DNA from: Eledone cirrhosa
Lineage: Eukaryota
Direction of reading: 5' to 3'
Length of the DNA stretch: 64,000 nt
NCBI GenBank assembly: GCA_964016885.1
Contig: OZ024745.1
Coordinates: 60,016,001-60,080,000, forward strand
Shown: piece after piece, positions 40,471 through 52,972 of the stretch
How positions within the stretch are numbered: the first letter of the stretch is position 1
Layout: each line of letters starts with the position of its first letter
Made by a program: the position numbers and the translations under genes
The notes under the pieces: generated by a model
What the model saw: the letters and a program-made list of their open reading frames with translations, nothing else
Databases searched by the model: none
Told to the model about the DNA's origin: nothing

Positions 40471-41458
40471 ACTCTGAGTGAAAACCTCGACTTGGAGTGA
40501 AAATCTCGACTTGGAGTGAGAACCTCGACTTGGAGTGAGAACCTCGACTTGGAGTGAAAACCTCGACTTGGAGTGAGAACCTCGACTTGGAGTGAAAACC
40601 TCGACTTGGAGTGAAAACCTCGACTTGGAGTGAAAACCTCGACTTGGAGTGAGAACCTCGACTTGGAGTGAAAACCTCGACTTGGAGTGAGAACCTCGAC
40701 TTGGAGTGAGAACCTCGACTTGGAGTGAGAACCTCGACTTGGAGTGAAAACCTCGACTTGGAGTGAGAACCTCGACTTGGAGTGAGAACCTCGACTTGGA
40801 GTGAGAACGTCGACTTGGAGTGAGAACGTCGACTTGGAGTGAGAACCTCGACTTGGAGTGAAAACCTCGACTTGGAGTGAAAACCTCGACTTGGAGTGAG
40901 AACCTCGACTTGGAGTGAGAACCTCGACTTGGAGTGAAAACCTCGACTTGGAGTGAAAACCTCGACTTGGAGTGAGAACCTCGACTTGGAGTGAGAACCT
41001 CGACTTGGAGTGAGAACCTCGACTTGGAGTGAGAACCTCGACTTGGAGTGTAAACTGCGACTCTGAGTGAAAACCTCGACTTGGAGTGAGAACCTCGACT
41101 TGGAGTGAAAACCTCGACTTGGAGTGAGAACCTCGACTTGGAGTCAGAACCTCGACTTGGAGTCAGAACCTCGACTTGGAGTCAGAACCTCGACTTGGAG
41201 TCAGAACCTCGACTTGGAGTCAGAACCTCGACTTGGAGTGAAAACCTCGACTTGGAGTGAAAACCTCGACTTGGAGTGAGAACCTCGACTTGGAGTGAGA
41301 ACCTCGACTTGGAGTGAAAACCTCGACTTGGAGTGAGAACCTCTACTTGGAGTGAAAACCTCGACTTGGAGTGTAAACTGCGACTTGGAGTGAGAACCTC
41401 GACTTGGAGTGAAAACCTCGACTTGGAGTGTAAACTGCGACTTGGAGTGTAAACTGCG

Positions 41459-41857
41459 ACTTGGAGTGTAATGTACAACTTGGAGCATAATGTACAACTT
41501 GGAGCATAATGTACGACTTGGAGCATAATGTACGACTTAGAGTGTAATGTAGGACTTAGAGTGTAATGTAGGACTTAGAGTGTAATGTAGGACTTAGAGT
41601 GTAATGTAGGACTTAGAGTGTAATGTAGGACTAGGAGCATAATGTAGGACTAGGAGCATAATGTACGACTTGGAGTGTAATGTAGGACTTGGAGTGTAAT
41701 GTAGGACTTGGAGTGTAAACTGCGAGTTGAAATATAAATTGCGACTTGGATTGTAAACCTTGACTTGCAGTGTATTGAACAACTTGGGGTGTATACTGCG
41801 GCTTGGAGTGTAAACTGCGGCTCCGAATATAAACTACGACTTGCAGTGTCATATATG
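41459..41857. repeat. Cassette copy 18
   Basis: +1387 bp (73 monomers). Confidence 0.95.
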
Positions 41858-42712
41858 ACTCTGAGTGAAAACCTCGACTTGGAGTGAAAACCTCGACTTG
41901 GAGTGAGAACCTCGACTTGGAGTGAGAACCTCGACTTGGAGTGAGAACCTCGACTTGGAGTGAGAACCTCGACTTGGAGTGAAAACCTCGACTTGGAGTG
42001 AAAACCTCGACTTGGAGTGAAAACCTCGACTTGGAGTGAAAACCTCGACTTGGAGTGAGAACCTCGACTTGGAGTGAAAACCTCGACTTGGTGTGAGAAC
42101 CTCGACTTGGAGTGAGAACCTCGACTTGGAGTGAGAACGTCGACTTGGAGTGAGAACGTCGACTTGGAGTGAGAACCTCGACTTGGAGTGAAAACCTCGA
42201 CTTGGAGTGAAAACCTCGACTTGGAGTGAGAACCTCGACTTGGAGTGAGAACCTCGACTTGGAGTGAAAACCTCGACTTGGAGTGAGAACCTCGACTTGG
42301 AGTGAGAACCTCGACTTGGAGTGAAAACCTCGACTTGGAGTGAGAACCTCGACTTGGAGTGAGAACCTCGACTTGGAGTGAAAACCTCGACTTGGAGTGA
42401 AAACTTCGACTTGGAGTGAGAACCTCGACTTGGAGTGAGAACCTCGACTTGGAGTGAGAACCTCGACTTGGAGTGAAAACCTCGACTTGGTGCGAGAACC
42501 TCGACTTGGAGTTAAAACCTCGACTTGGAGTGAGAACCTCGACTTTGAGTGAGAACCTCGACTTGGAGTGAAAACCTCGACTTGGAGTGAGAACCTCTAC
42601 TTGGAGTGAAAACCTCGACTTGGAGTGTAAACTGCGACTTGGAGTGAGAACCTCGACTTGGAGTGAAAACCTCGACTTGGAGTGTAAACTGCGACTTGGA
42701 GTGTAAACTGCG

Positions 42713-43111
42713 ACTTGCAGTGTAATGTACAACTTGGAGCATAATGTACAACTTGGAGCATAATGTACGACTTGGAGCATAATGTACGACTTAGAGTGTA
42801 ATGTAGGACTTAGAGTGTAATGTAGGACTTAGAGTGTAATGTAGGACTTAGAGTGTAATGTAGGACTTAGAGTGTAATGTAGGACTAGGAGCATAATGTA
42901 GGACTAGGAGCATAATGTACGACTTGGAGTGTAATGTAGGACTTGGAGTGTAATGTAGGACTTGGAGTGTAAACTGCGAGTTGAAATATAAATTGCGACT
43001 TGGATTGTAAACCTTGACTTGCAGTGTATTGAACAACTTGGGGTGTATACTGCGGCTTGGAGTGTAAACTGCGGCTCCGAATATAAACTACGACTTGCAG
43101 TGTCATATATG
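42713..43111. repeat. Cassette copy 19
   Basis: +1254 bp (66 monomers); starts ACTTGCAGTGTAATGTACA. Confidence 0.95.
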
Positions 43112-46100
43112 ACTCTGAGTGAAAACCTCGACTTGGAGTGAAAACCTCGACTTGGAGTGAGAACCTCGACTTGGAGTGAGAACCTCGACTTGGAGTGAAA
43201 ACCTCGACTTGGAGTGAGAACCTCGACTTGGAGTGAAAACCTCGACTTGGAGTGAAAACCTCGACTTGGAGTGAGAACCTCGACTTGGAGTGAAAACCTC
43301 GACTTGGAGTGAGAACCTCGACTTGGAGTGAAAACCTCGACTTGGAGTGAAAACCTCGACTTGGAGTGAGAACCTCGACTTGGAGTGAGAACCTCGACTT
43401 GGAGTGAAAACCTCGACTTGGAGTGAGAACCTCGACTTGGAGTGAGAACCTCGACTTGGAGTGAGAACCTCGACTTGGAGTGAAAACCTCGACTTGGAGT
43501 GAAAACCTCGACTTGGATTGAGAACCTCGACTTGGAGTGAAAACCTCGACTTGGAGTGAGAACCTCGACTTGGAGTGAGAACCTCGACTTGGAGTGAGAA
43601 CCTCGACTTGAAGTGAGAACCTCGACTTGGAGTGAGAACCTCGACTTGGAGTGAAAACCTCGACTTGGAGTGAAAACTTCGACTTGGAGTGAGAACCTCG
43701 ACTTGGAGTGAGAACCTCGACTTGGAGTGAGAACCTCGACTTGGAGTGATAACCTCGACTTGGAGTGAGAACCTCGACTTGGAGTGAGAACCTCGACTTG
43801 GAGTGAAAACCTCGACTTGGAGTGAGAACCTCGACTTGGAGTGAAAACCTCGACTTGGAGTGAGAACCTCGACTTGGAGTGAAAACCTCGACTTGGAGTG
43901 AGAACCTCGACTTGGAGTGAAAACCTCGACTTGGAGTGAGAACCTCGACTTGGAGTGAGAACCTCGACTTTGAGTGAAAACCTCGACTTGGAGAGAGAAC
44001 CTCGACTTGGAGTGAAAACCTCGACTTTGAGTGAAAACCTCGACTTGGAGTGAGAACCTCGACTTTGAGTGAGAACCTCGACTTGGAGTGAGAACCTCGA
44101 CTTGGAGTGAGAACCTCGACTTGGAGTGAGAACCTCGACTTGGAGTGAGAACCTCGACTTGGAGTGAGAACCTCGACTTGGAGTGAGAACCTCGACTTGG
44201 AGTGAGAACCTCGACTTGGAGTGAAAACCTCGACTTGGAGTGAGAACCTCGACTTGGAGTGAAAACCTCGACTTGGAGTGAGAACCTCGACTTGGAGTGA
44301 AAACCTCGACTTGGAGTGAGAACCTCGACTTGCAGTGAAAACCTCGACTTGGAGTGAGAACCTCGACTTGGAGTGAAAACCTCGACTTGGAGTGAGAACC
44401 TCGACTTGGAGTGAAAACCTCGATTTGGAGTGAGAACCTCGACTTGGAGTGAGAACCTCGACTTTGAGTGAAAACCTCGACTTGGAGAGAGAACCTCGAC
44501 TTGGAGAGAGAACCTCGACTTGGAGTGAAAACCTCGACTTTGAGTGAAAACCTCGACTTGGAGTGAAAACCTCGACTTGGAGTGAGAACCTCGACTTGGA
44601 GTGGAAACCTCGACTTGGAGTGGAAACCTCGACTTGGAGTGAAAACCTCGACTTGGAGTGAGAACCTCGACTTGGAGTGATAACCTCGACTTGGAGTGAG
44701 AACCTCGACTTGGAGTGAGAACCTCGACTTGGAGTGAAAACCTCGACTTGGAGTGAAAACCTCGACTTGGAGTGAAAACCTCGACTTGGAGTGAGAACCT
44801 CGACTTGGAGTGAGAACCTCGACTTGGAGTGACAACCTCGACTTGGAGTGGAAACCTCGACTTGGAGTGAAAACCTCGACTTGGAGTGAAAACCTCGACT
44901 TGGAATGAGAACCTCGACTTGGAGTGAGAACCTCGACTTGGAGTGAAAACCTCGACTTGGAGTGAGAACCTTGACTTGGAGTGAGAACCTCGACTTGGAG
45001 TGAAAACCTCGACTTGGAGTGAGAACCTCGACTTGGAGTGAGAACCTCGACTTGGAGTGAGAACCTCGACGTGGAGTGAGAACCTCGACTTGGAGTGAGA
45101 ACCTCGACTTGAAGTGAAAACCTCGACTTGGAGTGAGAACCTCGACTTGGAGTGAAAACCTCGACTTGGTGTGAGAACCTCGACTTGGAGTGAGAACCTC
45201 GACTTGGAGTGAAAACCTCGACTTGGAGTGAAAACCTCGACTTGGAGTGAAAACCTCGACTTGGAGTGAAAACCTCGACTTGGAGTGAGAACCTCGACTT
45301 GCAGTGAAAACCTCGACTTGGAGTGAGAACCTCGACTTGGAGTGAGAACCTCGATTTGCAGTGAAAACCTCGACTTGGAGTGAGAACCTCGACTTGCAGT
45401 GAAAACCTCGACTTGGAGTGAGAACCTCGACTTGCAGTGAAAACCTCGACTTGGATTGAGAACCTCGACTTGCAGTGAAAACCTCGACTTGGAGTGAGAA
45501 CCTCGACTTGGAGTGAAAACCTCGACTTGCAGTGAAAACCTCGACTTGGAGTGAGAACCTCGACTTGGAGTGAAAACCTCGACTTGGAGTGAAAACCTCG
45601 ACTTGGAATGAAAACCTCGACTTGGAGTGAGAACCTCGACTTGGAGTGAGAACCTCGACTTGGAGTGAGAACCTCGACTTGGAGTGAGAACCTCGACTTG
45701 GAGTGAGAACCTCGACTTGGAGTGAGAACCTCGACTTGGAGTGAAAACTGCGACTCTGAGTGAAAACCTCGACTTGGAGTGAGAACCTCGACTTGGAGTG
45801 AAAACCTCGACTTGGAGTGAGAACCTCGACTTGGAGTGAGAACCTCGACTTGGAGTGAAAACCTCGACTTGGAGTGAAAACCTCGACTTGGAGTGAAAAC
45901 CTCGACTTGGAGTGAGAACCTCGACTTGGAGTGAAAACCTCGACTTGGAGTGAAAACCTCGACTTGGAGTGAGAACCTCGACTTGGAGTGAGAACCTCGA
46001 CTTGGAGTGAGAACCTCGACTTGGAGTGAGAACCTCGACTTGGAGTGTAAACTGCGACTCTGAGTGAAAACCTCGACTTGGAGTGAGAACCTCGACTTGG

Positions 46101-46455
46101 AGTGAAAACCTCGACTTGGAGTGAGAACCTCGACTTGGAGTCAGAACCTCGACTTGGAGTCAGAACCTCGACTTGGAGTCAGAACCTCGACTTGGAGTCA
46201 GAACCTCGACTTGGAGTCAGAACCTCGACTTCGAGTGAAAACCTCGACTTGGAGTGAAAACCTCGACTTGGAGTGAGAACCTCGACTTGGAGTGAGAACC
46301 TCGACTTGGAGTGAAAACCTCGACTTGGAGTGAGAACCTCTACTTGGAGTGAAAACCTCGACTTGGAGTGTAAACTGCGACTTGGAGTGAGAACCTCGAC
46401 TTGGAGTGAAAACCTCGACTTGGAGTGTAAACTGCGACTTGGAGTGTAAACTGCG

Positions 46456-46816
46456 ACTTGGAGTGTAATGTACAACTTGGAGCATAATGTACAACTTGGA
46501 GCATAATGTACGACTTGGAGCATAATGTACGACTTAGAGTGTAATGTAGGACTTAGAGTGTAATGTAGGACTTAGAGTGTAATGTAGGACTAGGAGCATA
46601 ATGTAGGACTAGGAGCATAATGTACGACTTGGAGAGTAATGTAGGACTTGGAGTGTAATGTAGGACTTGGAGTGTAAACTGCGAGTTGAAATATAAATTG
46701 CGACTTGGATTGTAAACCTTGACTTGCAGTGTATTGAACAACTTGGGGTGTATACTGCGGCTTGGAGTGTAAACTGCGGCTCCGAATATAAACTACGACT
46801 TGCAGTGTCATATATG
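46456..46816. repeat. Cassette copy 20 (19 monomers; GGAGAGTAAT subtype)
   Basis: +3705 bp (195 monomers, right end); only 3 TTAGAG monomers. Confidence 0.95.
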
Positions 46817-47709
46817 ACTCTGAGTGAACACTTCAACTTGGAGTGAAAACCTCGACTTGGAGTGAGAACCTCGACTTGGAGTGAGAACCTCGACTTGGAG
46901 TGAAAACCTCGACTTGGAGTGAGAACCTCGACTTGGAGTGAAAACCTCGACTTGGAGTGAAAACCTCGACTTGGAGTGAGAACCTCGACTTGGAGTGAGA
47001 ACCTCGACTTGGAGTGAGAACCTCGACTTGGAGTGAAAACCTCGACTTGGAGTGAGAACCTCGACTTGGAGTGAGAACCTCGACTTGGAGTGAGAACCTC
47101 GACTTGGAGTGAAAACCTCGACTTGGAGTGAGAACCTCGACTTGGAGTGAAAACCTCGACTTGGAGTGAAAACCTCGACTTGGAGTGAAAACCTCGACTT
47201 GGAGTGAGAACCTCGACTTGGAGTGAAAACCTCGACTTGGAGTGAGAACCTCGACTTGGAGTGAGAACCTCGACTTGGAGTGAGAACGTCGACTTGGAGT
47301 GAGAACGTCGACTTGGAGTGAGAACCTCGACTTGGAGTGAAAACCTCGACTTGGAGTGAAAACCTCGACTTGGAGTGAGAACCTCGACTTGGAGTGAGAA
47401 CCTCGACTTGGAGTGAAAACCTCGACTTGGAGTGAGAACCTCGACTTGGAGTGAGAACCTCGACTTGGAGTGAAAACCTCGACTTGGAGTGAAAACTTCG
47501 ACTTGGAGTGAGAACCTCGACTTTGAGTGAGAACCTCGACTTGGAGTGAAAACCTCGACTTGGAGTGAGAACCTCTACTTGGAGTGAAAACCTCTACTTG
47601 GAGTGAAAACCTCGACTTGGAGTATAAACTGCGACTTGGAGTGAGAACCTCGACTTGGAGTGAAAACCTCGACTTGGAGTGTAAACTGCGACTTGGAGTG
47701 TAAACTGCG

Positions 47710-48108
47710 ACTTGGAGTGTAATGTACAACTTGGAGCATAATGTACAACTTGGAGCATAATGTACGACTTGGAGCATAATGTACGACTTAGAGTGTAATG
47801 TAGGACTTAGAGTGTAATGTAGGACTTAGAGTGTAATGTAGGACTTAGAGTGTAATGTAGGACTTAGAGTGTAATGTAGGACTAGGAGCATAATGTAGGA
47901 CTAGGAGCATAATGTACGACTTGGAGTGTAATGTAGGACTTGGAGTGTAATGTAGGACTTGGAGTGTAAACTGCGAGTTGAAATATAAATTGCGACTTGG
48001 ATTGTAAACCTTGACTTGCAGTGTATTGAACAACTTGGGGTGTATACTGCGGCTTGGAGTGTAAACTGCGGCTCCGAATATAAACTACGACTTGCAGTGT
48101 CATATCTG
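47710..48108. repeat. Cassette copy 21 (CATATCTG subtype)
   Basis: +1292 bp (68 monomers, right end). Confidence 0.95.
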
Positions 48109-50217
48109 ACTCTGAGTGAAAACCTCGACTTGGAGTGAAAACCTCGACTTGGAGTGAGAACCTCGACTTGGAGTGAGAACCTCGACTTGGAGTGAAAACC
48201 TCGACTTGGAGTGAGAACCTCGACTTGGAGTGAAAACCTCGACTTGGAGTGAAAACCTCGACTTGGAGTGAGAACCTCGACTTGGAGTGAGAACCTCGAC
48301 TTGGAGTGAGAACCTCGACTTGGAGTGAAAACCTCGACTTGGAGTGAGAACCTCGACTTGGAGTGAGAACCTCGACTTGGAGTGAAAACCTCGACTTGGA
48401 GTGAGAACCTCGACTTGGAGTGAGAACCTCGACTTGGAGTGAGAACCTCGACTTGGAGTGAAAACCTCGACTTGGAGTGAGAACCTCGACTTGGAGTGAG
48501 AACCTCGACTTGGAGTGAAAACCTCGACTTGGAGTGAAAACCTCGACTTGGAGTGAAAACCTCGACTTGGAGTGAGAACCTCGACTTGGAGTGAAAACCT
48601 CGACTTGGAGTGAGAACCTCGACTTGGAGTGAGAACCTCGACTTGGAGTGAGAACCTCGACTTGGAGTGAGAACGTCGACTTGGAGTGAGAACCTCGACT
48701 TGGAGTGAGAACCTCGACTTGGAGTGAGAACGTCGACTTGGAGTGAGAACGTCGACTTGGAGTGAGAACCTCGACTTGGAGTGAAAACCTCGACTTGGAG
48801 TGAAAACCTCGACTTGGAGTGAGAACCTCGACTTGGAGTGAGAACCTCGACTTGGAGTGAAAACCTCGACTTGGAGTGAGAACCTCGACTTGGAGTGAAA
48901 ACCTCGACTTGGAGTGAAAACCTCGACTTGGAGTGAGAACCTCGACTTGGAGTGAGAACCTCGACTTGGAGTGAGAACCTCGACTTGGAGTGAAAACCTC
49001 GACTTGGAGTGAAAACTTCGACTTGGAGTGAGAACCTCGACTTGGAGTGAGAACCTCGACTTGGAGTGAGAACCTCGACTTGGAGTGAAAACCTCGACTT
49101 GGTGCGAGAACCTCGACTTGGAGTTAAAACCTCGACTTGGAGTGAGAACCTCGACTTGGAGTGAAAACCTCGACTTGGAGTGAGAACCTCGACTTGGTGT
49201 GAGAACCTGGACTTGGAGTGGAAACCTCGACTTGGAGTGAAAACCTCGACTTGGAGTCAGAACCTCGACTTTGAGTGAAAACCTCGACTTGGGGTGAGAA
49301 CCTCGACTTGGAGTGAAAACCTCGACTTGGAGTGAGAACCTCGACTTGGAGTGAAAACCTCGACTTGGAGTGAAAACCTCGACTTGGAGTGAGAACCTCG
49401 ACTTGGAGTGGAAACCTCGACTTGTAGTGAAAACCTCGACTTGGAGTGAAAACCTCGACTTGGAGTGAAAACCTCGACTTTGAGTGAGAACCTCGACTTG
49501 GAGTGAGAACCTCGACTTGGAGTGAAAACCTCGACTTGGAGTGAGAACCTCGACTTGGAGTGAGAACCTCGACTTGGAGTGAGAACCTCGACTTGGAGTG
49601 AGAACCTCGACTTGGAGTGAAAACCTCGACTTGGAGTGAGAACCTCGACTTGGAGTGAAAACCTCGACTTGGAGTGAAAACCTCGACTTGGAGTGAAAAC
49701 CTCGACTTGCAGTGAGAACCTCGACTTGGAGTGAGAACCTCGACTTGGAGTGACAACCTCGACTTGGAGTGAAAACCTCGACTTGGAGTGAGAACCTCGA
49801 CTTGGAGTGAGAACCACGACTTGGAGTGAAAACCTCGACTTGGAGTGAGAACCTCGACTTGGAGTGAAAACCTCGACTTGGAGGGAAAACCTCGACTTGG
49901 AGTGAGAACCTCGACTTGGAGTGAGAACCTCGACTTGGAGTGAGAACCTCGACTTGGAGTGAGAACCTCGACTTGGAGTGAAAACCTCGACTTGGAGTGA
50001 AAACCTCGACTTGGAGTGAAAACCTCGACTTGGAGTGAGAACCTCGACTTGGAGTGAGAACCTCGACTTGGAGTGAAAACCTCGACTTGGAGTGAGAACC
50101 TCTACTTGGAGTGAAAACCTCGACTTGAAGTGTAAACTGCGACTTGGAGTGAGAACCTCGACTTGGAGTGAAAACCTCGACTTGGAGTGTAAACTGCGAC
50201 TTGGAGTGTAAACTGCG

Positions 50218-50597
50218 ACTTGCAGTGTAATGTACAACTTGGAGCATAATGTACAACTTGGAGCATAATGTACGACTTAGAGTGTAATGTAGGACTTAGA
50301 GTGTAATGTAGGACTTAGAGTGTAATGTAGGACTTAGAGTGTAATGTAGGACTTAGAGTGTAATGTAGGACTTGGAGCATAATGTAGGACTAGGAGCATA
50401 ATGTACGACTTGGAGTGTAATGTAGGACTTGGAGTGTAATGTAGGACTTGGAGTGTAAACTGCGAGTTGAAATATAAATTGCGACTTGGATTGTAAACCT
50501 TGACTTGCAGTGTATTGAACAACTTGGGGTGTATACTGCGGCTTGGAGTGTAAACTGCGGCTCCGAATATAAACTACGACTTGCAGTGTCATATATG
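50218..50597. repeat. Cassette copy 22 (20 monomers)
   Basis: +2489 bp (131 monomers, right end); lacks one GCATAATGTACG monomer; shares the copy 6 variants. Confidence 0.95.
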
Positions 50598-52573
50598 ACT
50601 CTGAGTGAAAACCTCGACTTGGGGTGAAAACCTCGACTTGGAGTGAGAACCTCGACTTGGAGTGAGAACCTCGACTTGGAGTGAAAACCTCGACTTGGAG
50701 TGAGAACCTCGACTTGGAGTGAAAACCTCGACTTGGAGTGAAAACCTCGACTTGGAGTGAGAACCTCGACTTGGAGTGAGAACCTCGACTTGGAGTGAAA
50801 ACCTCGACTTGGAGTGAAAACCTCGACTTGGAGTGAATACCTCGACTTGGAGTGAAAACCTCGACTTGGAGTGAAAACCTCGACTTGGAGTGAGAACCTC
50901 GATTTGGAGTGAGAACCTCGACTTGGAGTGAGAACCTCGACTTGGAGTGAGAACCTCGATTTGGAGTGAGAACCTCGATTTGGAGTGAGAACCTCGATTT
51001 GGAGTGAGAACCTCGATTTGGAGTGAGAACCTCGATTTGGAGTGAGAACCTCGACTTGGAGTGAAAACCTCGACTTGGAGTGAAAACCTCGACTTGGAGT
51101 GAGAACCTCGACTTGGAGTGAGAACCTCGACATGGAGTGAAAACCTCGACTTGGAGTGAGAACCTCGACTTGGAGTGAAAACCTCGACTTTGAGTGAAAA
51201 CCTCGACTTGGAGTGAAAACCTCGACTTGGAGTGAGAACCTCGACTTGGAGTGAGAACCTCGACTTGGAGTGAAAACCTCGACTTGGAGTGAGAACCTCG
51301 ACTTGGAGTGAAAACCTCGACTTGGAGTGAGAACCTCGACTTGGAGTGAGAACCTCGACTTGGAGTGAAAACCTCGACTTGGAGTGAGAACCTCGACTTG
51401 GAGTGAAAACCTCGACTTGGAGTGAGAACCTCGACTTGGAGTGAAAACCTCGACTTGGAGTGAGAACCTCGACTTGGAGTGAAAACCTCGACTTGGAGTG
51501 AAAACCTCGACTTGGAGTGAAAACCTCGACTTGGAGTGAGAACCTCGACTTGGAGTGAGAACCTCGACTTGGAGTGAGAACCTCGATTTGGAGTGAGAAC
51601 CTCGACTTGGAGTGAGAACCTCGACTTGGAGTGAGAACCTCGACTTGGAGTGAGAACCTCGACTTGGAGTGAGAACCTCGACTTGGAGTGAGAACCTCGA
51701 CTTGGAGTGAGAACCTCGACTTGGAGTGAAAACCTCGACTTGGAGTGAGAACCTCGACTTGGAGTGAAAACCTCGACTTGGAGTGAGAACCTCGACTTGG
51801 AGTGAAAACCTCGACTTGGAGTGAGAACCTCGACTTGGAGTGAGAACCTCGACTTGGAGTGAAAACCTCGACTTGGAGTGAGAACCTCGACTTGGAGTGA
51901 AAACCTCGACTTGGAGTGAGAACCTCGACTTGGAGTGAGAACCTCGACTTGGAGTGAAAACCTCGACTTGGAGTGAAAACCTCGACTTGGAGTGAAAACC
52001 TCGACTTGGAGTGAGAACCTCGACTTGGAGTGAAAACCTCGACTTGGAGTGAGAACCTCGACTTGGAGTGAAAACCTCGACTTGGAGTGAGAACCTCGAC
52101 TTGGAGTGAAAACCTCGACTTGGAGTGAGAACCTCGACTTGGAGTGAAAACCTCGACTTGGAGTGAGAACCTCGACTTGGAGTGAAAACCTCGACTTGGA
52201 GTGAGAACCTCGACTTGGAGTGAGAACCTCGACTTGGAATGAAAACCTCGACTTGGAGTGAAAACCTCGACTTGGAGTGAAAACCTCGACTTGGAGTGAG
52301 AACCTCGACTTGGAGTGTAAACCTCGACTTGGAGTGTAAACCTCGACTTGGAGTGTAAACCTCGACTTGGAGTGTAAACCTCGACTTGGAGTGTAAACCT
52401 CGACTTGGAGTGAGAACCTCGACTTGGAGTGAAAACCTCGACTTGGAGTGAGAACCTCTACTTGGAGTGAAAACCTCGACTTGGAGTGTAAACTGCGACT
52501 TGGAGTGAGAACCTCGACTTGGAGTGAAAACCTCGACTTGGAGTGTAAACTGCGACTTGGAGTGTAAACTGCG

Positions 52574-52972
52574 ACTTGGAGTGTAATGTACAACTTGGAG
52601 CATAATGTACAACTTGGAGCATAATGTACGACTTGGAGCATAATGTACGACTTAGAGTGTAATGTAGGACTTAGAGTGTAATGTAGGACTTAGAGTGTAA
52701 TGTAGGACTTAGAGTGTAATGTAGGACTTAGAGTGTAATGTAGGACTAGGAGCATAATGTAGGACTAGGAGCATAATGTACGACTTGGAGTGTAATGTAG
52801 GACTTGGAGTGTAATGTAGGACTTGGAGTGTAAACTGCGAGTTGAAATATAAATTGCGACTTGGATTGTAAACCTTGACTTGCAGTGTATTGAACAACTT
52901 GGGGTGTATACTGCGGCTTGGAGTGTAAACTGCGGCTCCGAATATAAACTACGACTTGCAGTGTCATATATG
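52574..52972. repeat. Cassette copy 23
   Basis: +2375 bp (125 monomers, right end). Confidence 0.95.

Larger units (their letters stand above)
32757..41458. repeat. Third-level super-repeat unit 2, truncated (8,702 bp; A, expanded B, C, partial D)
   Basis: Same marker order as unit 1; the A (71) and C (69) spacings are identical to unit 1. Confidence 0.8.
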
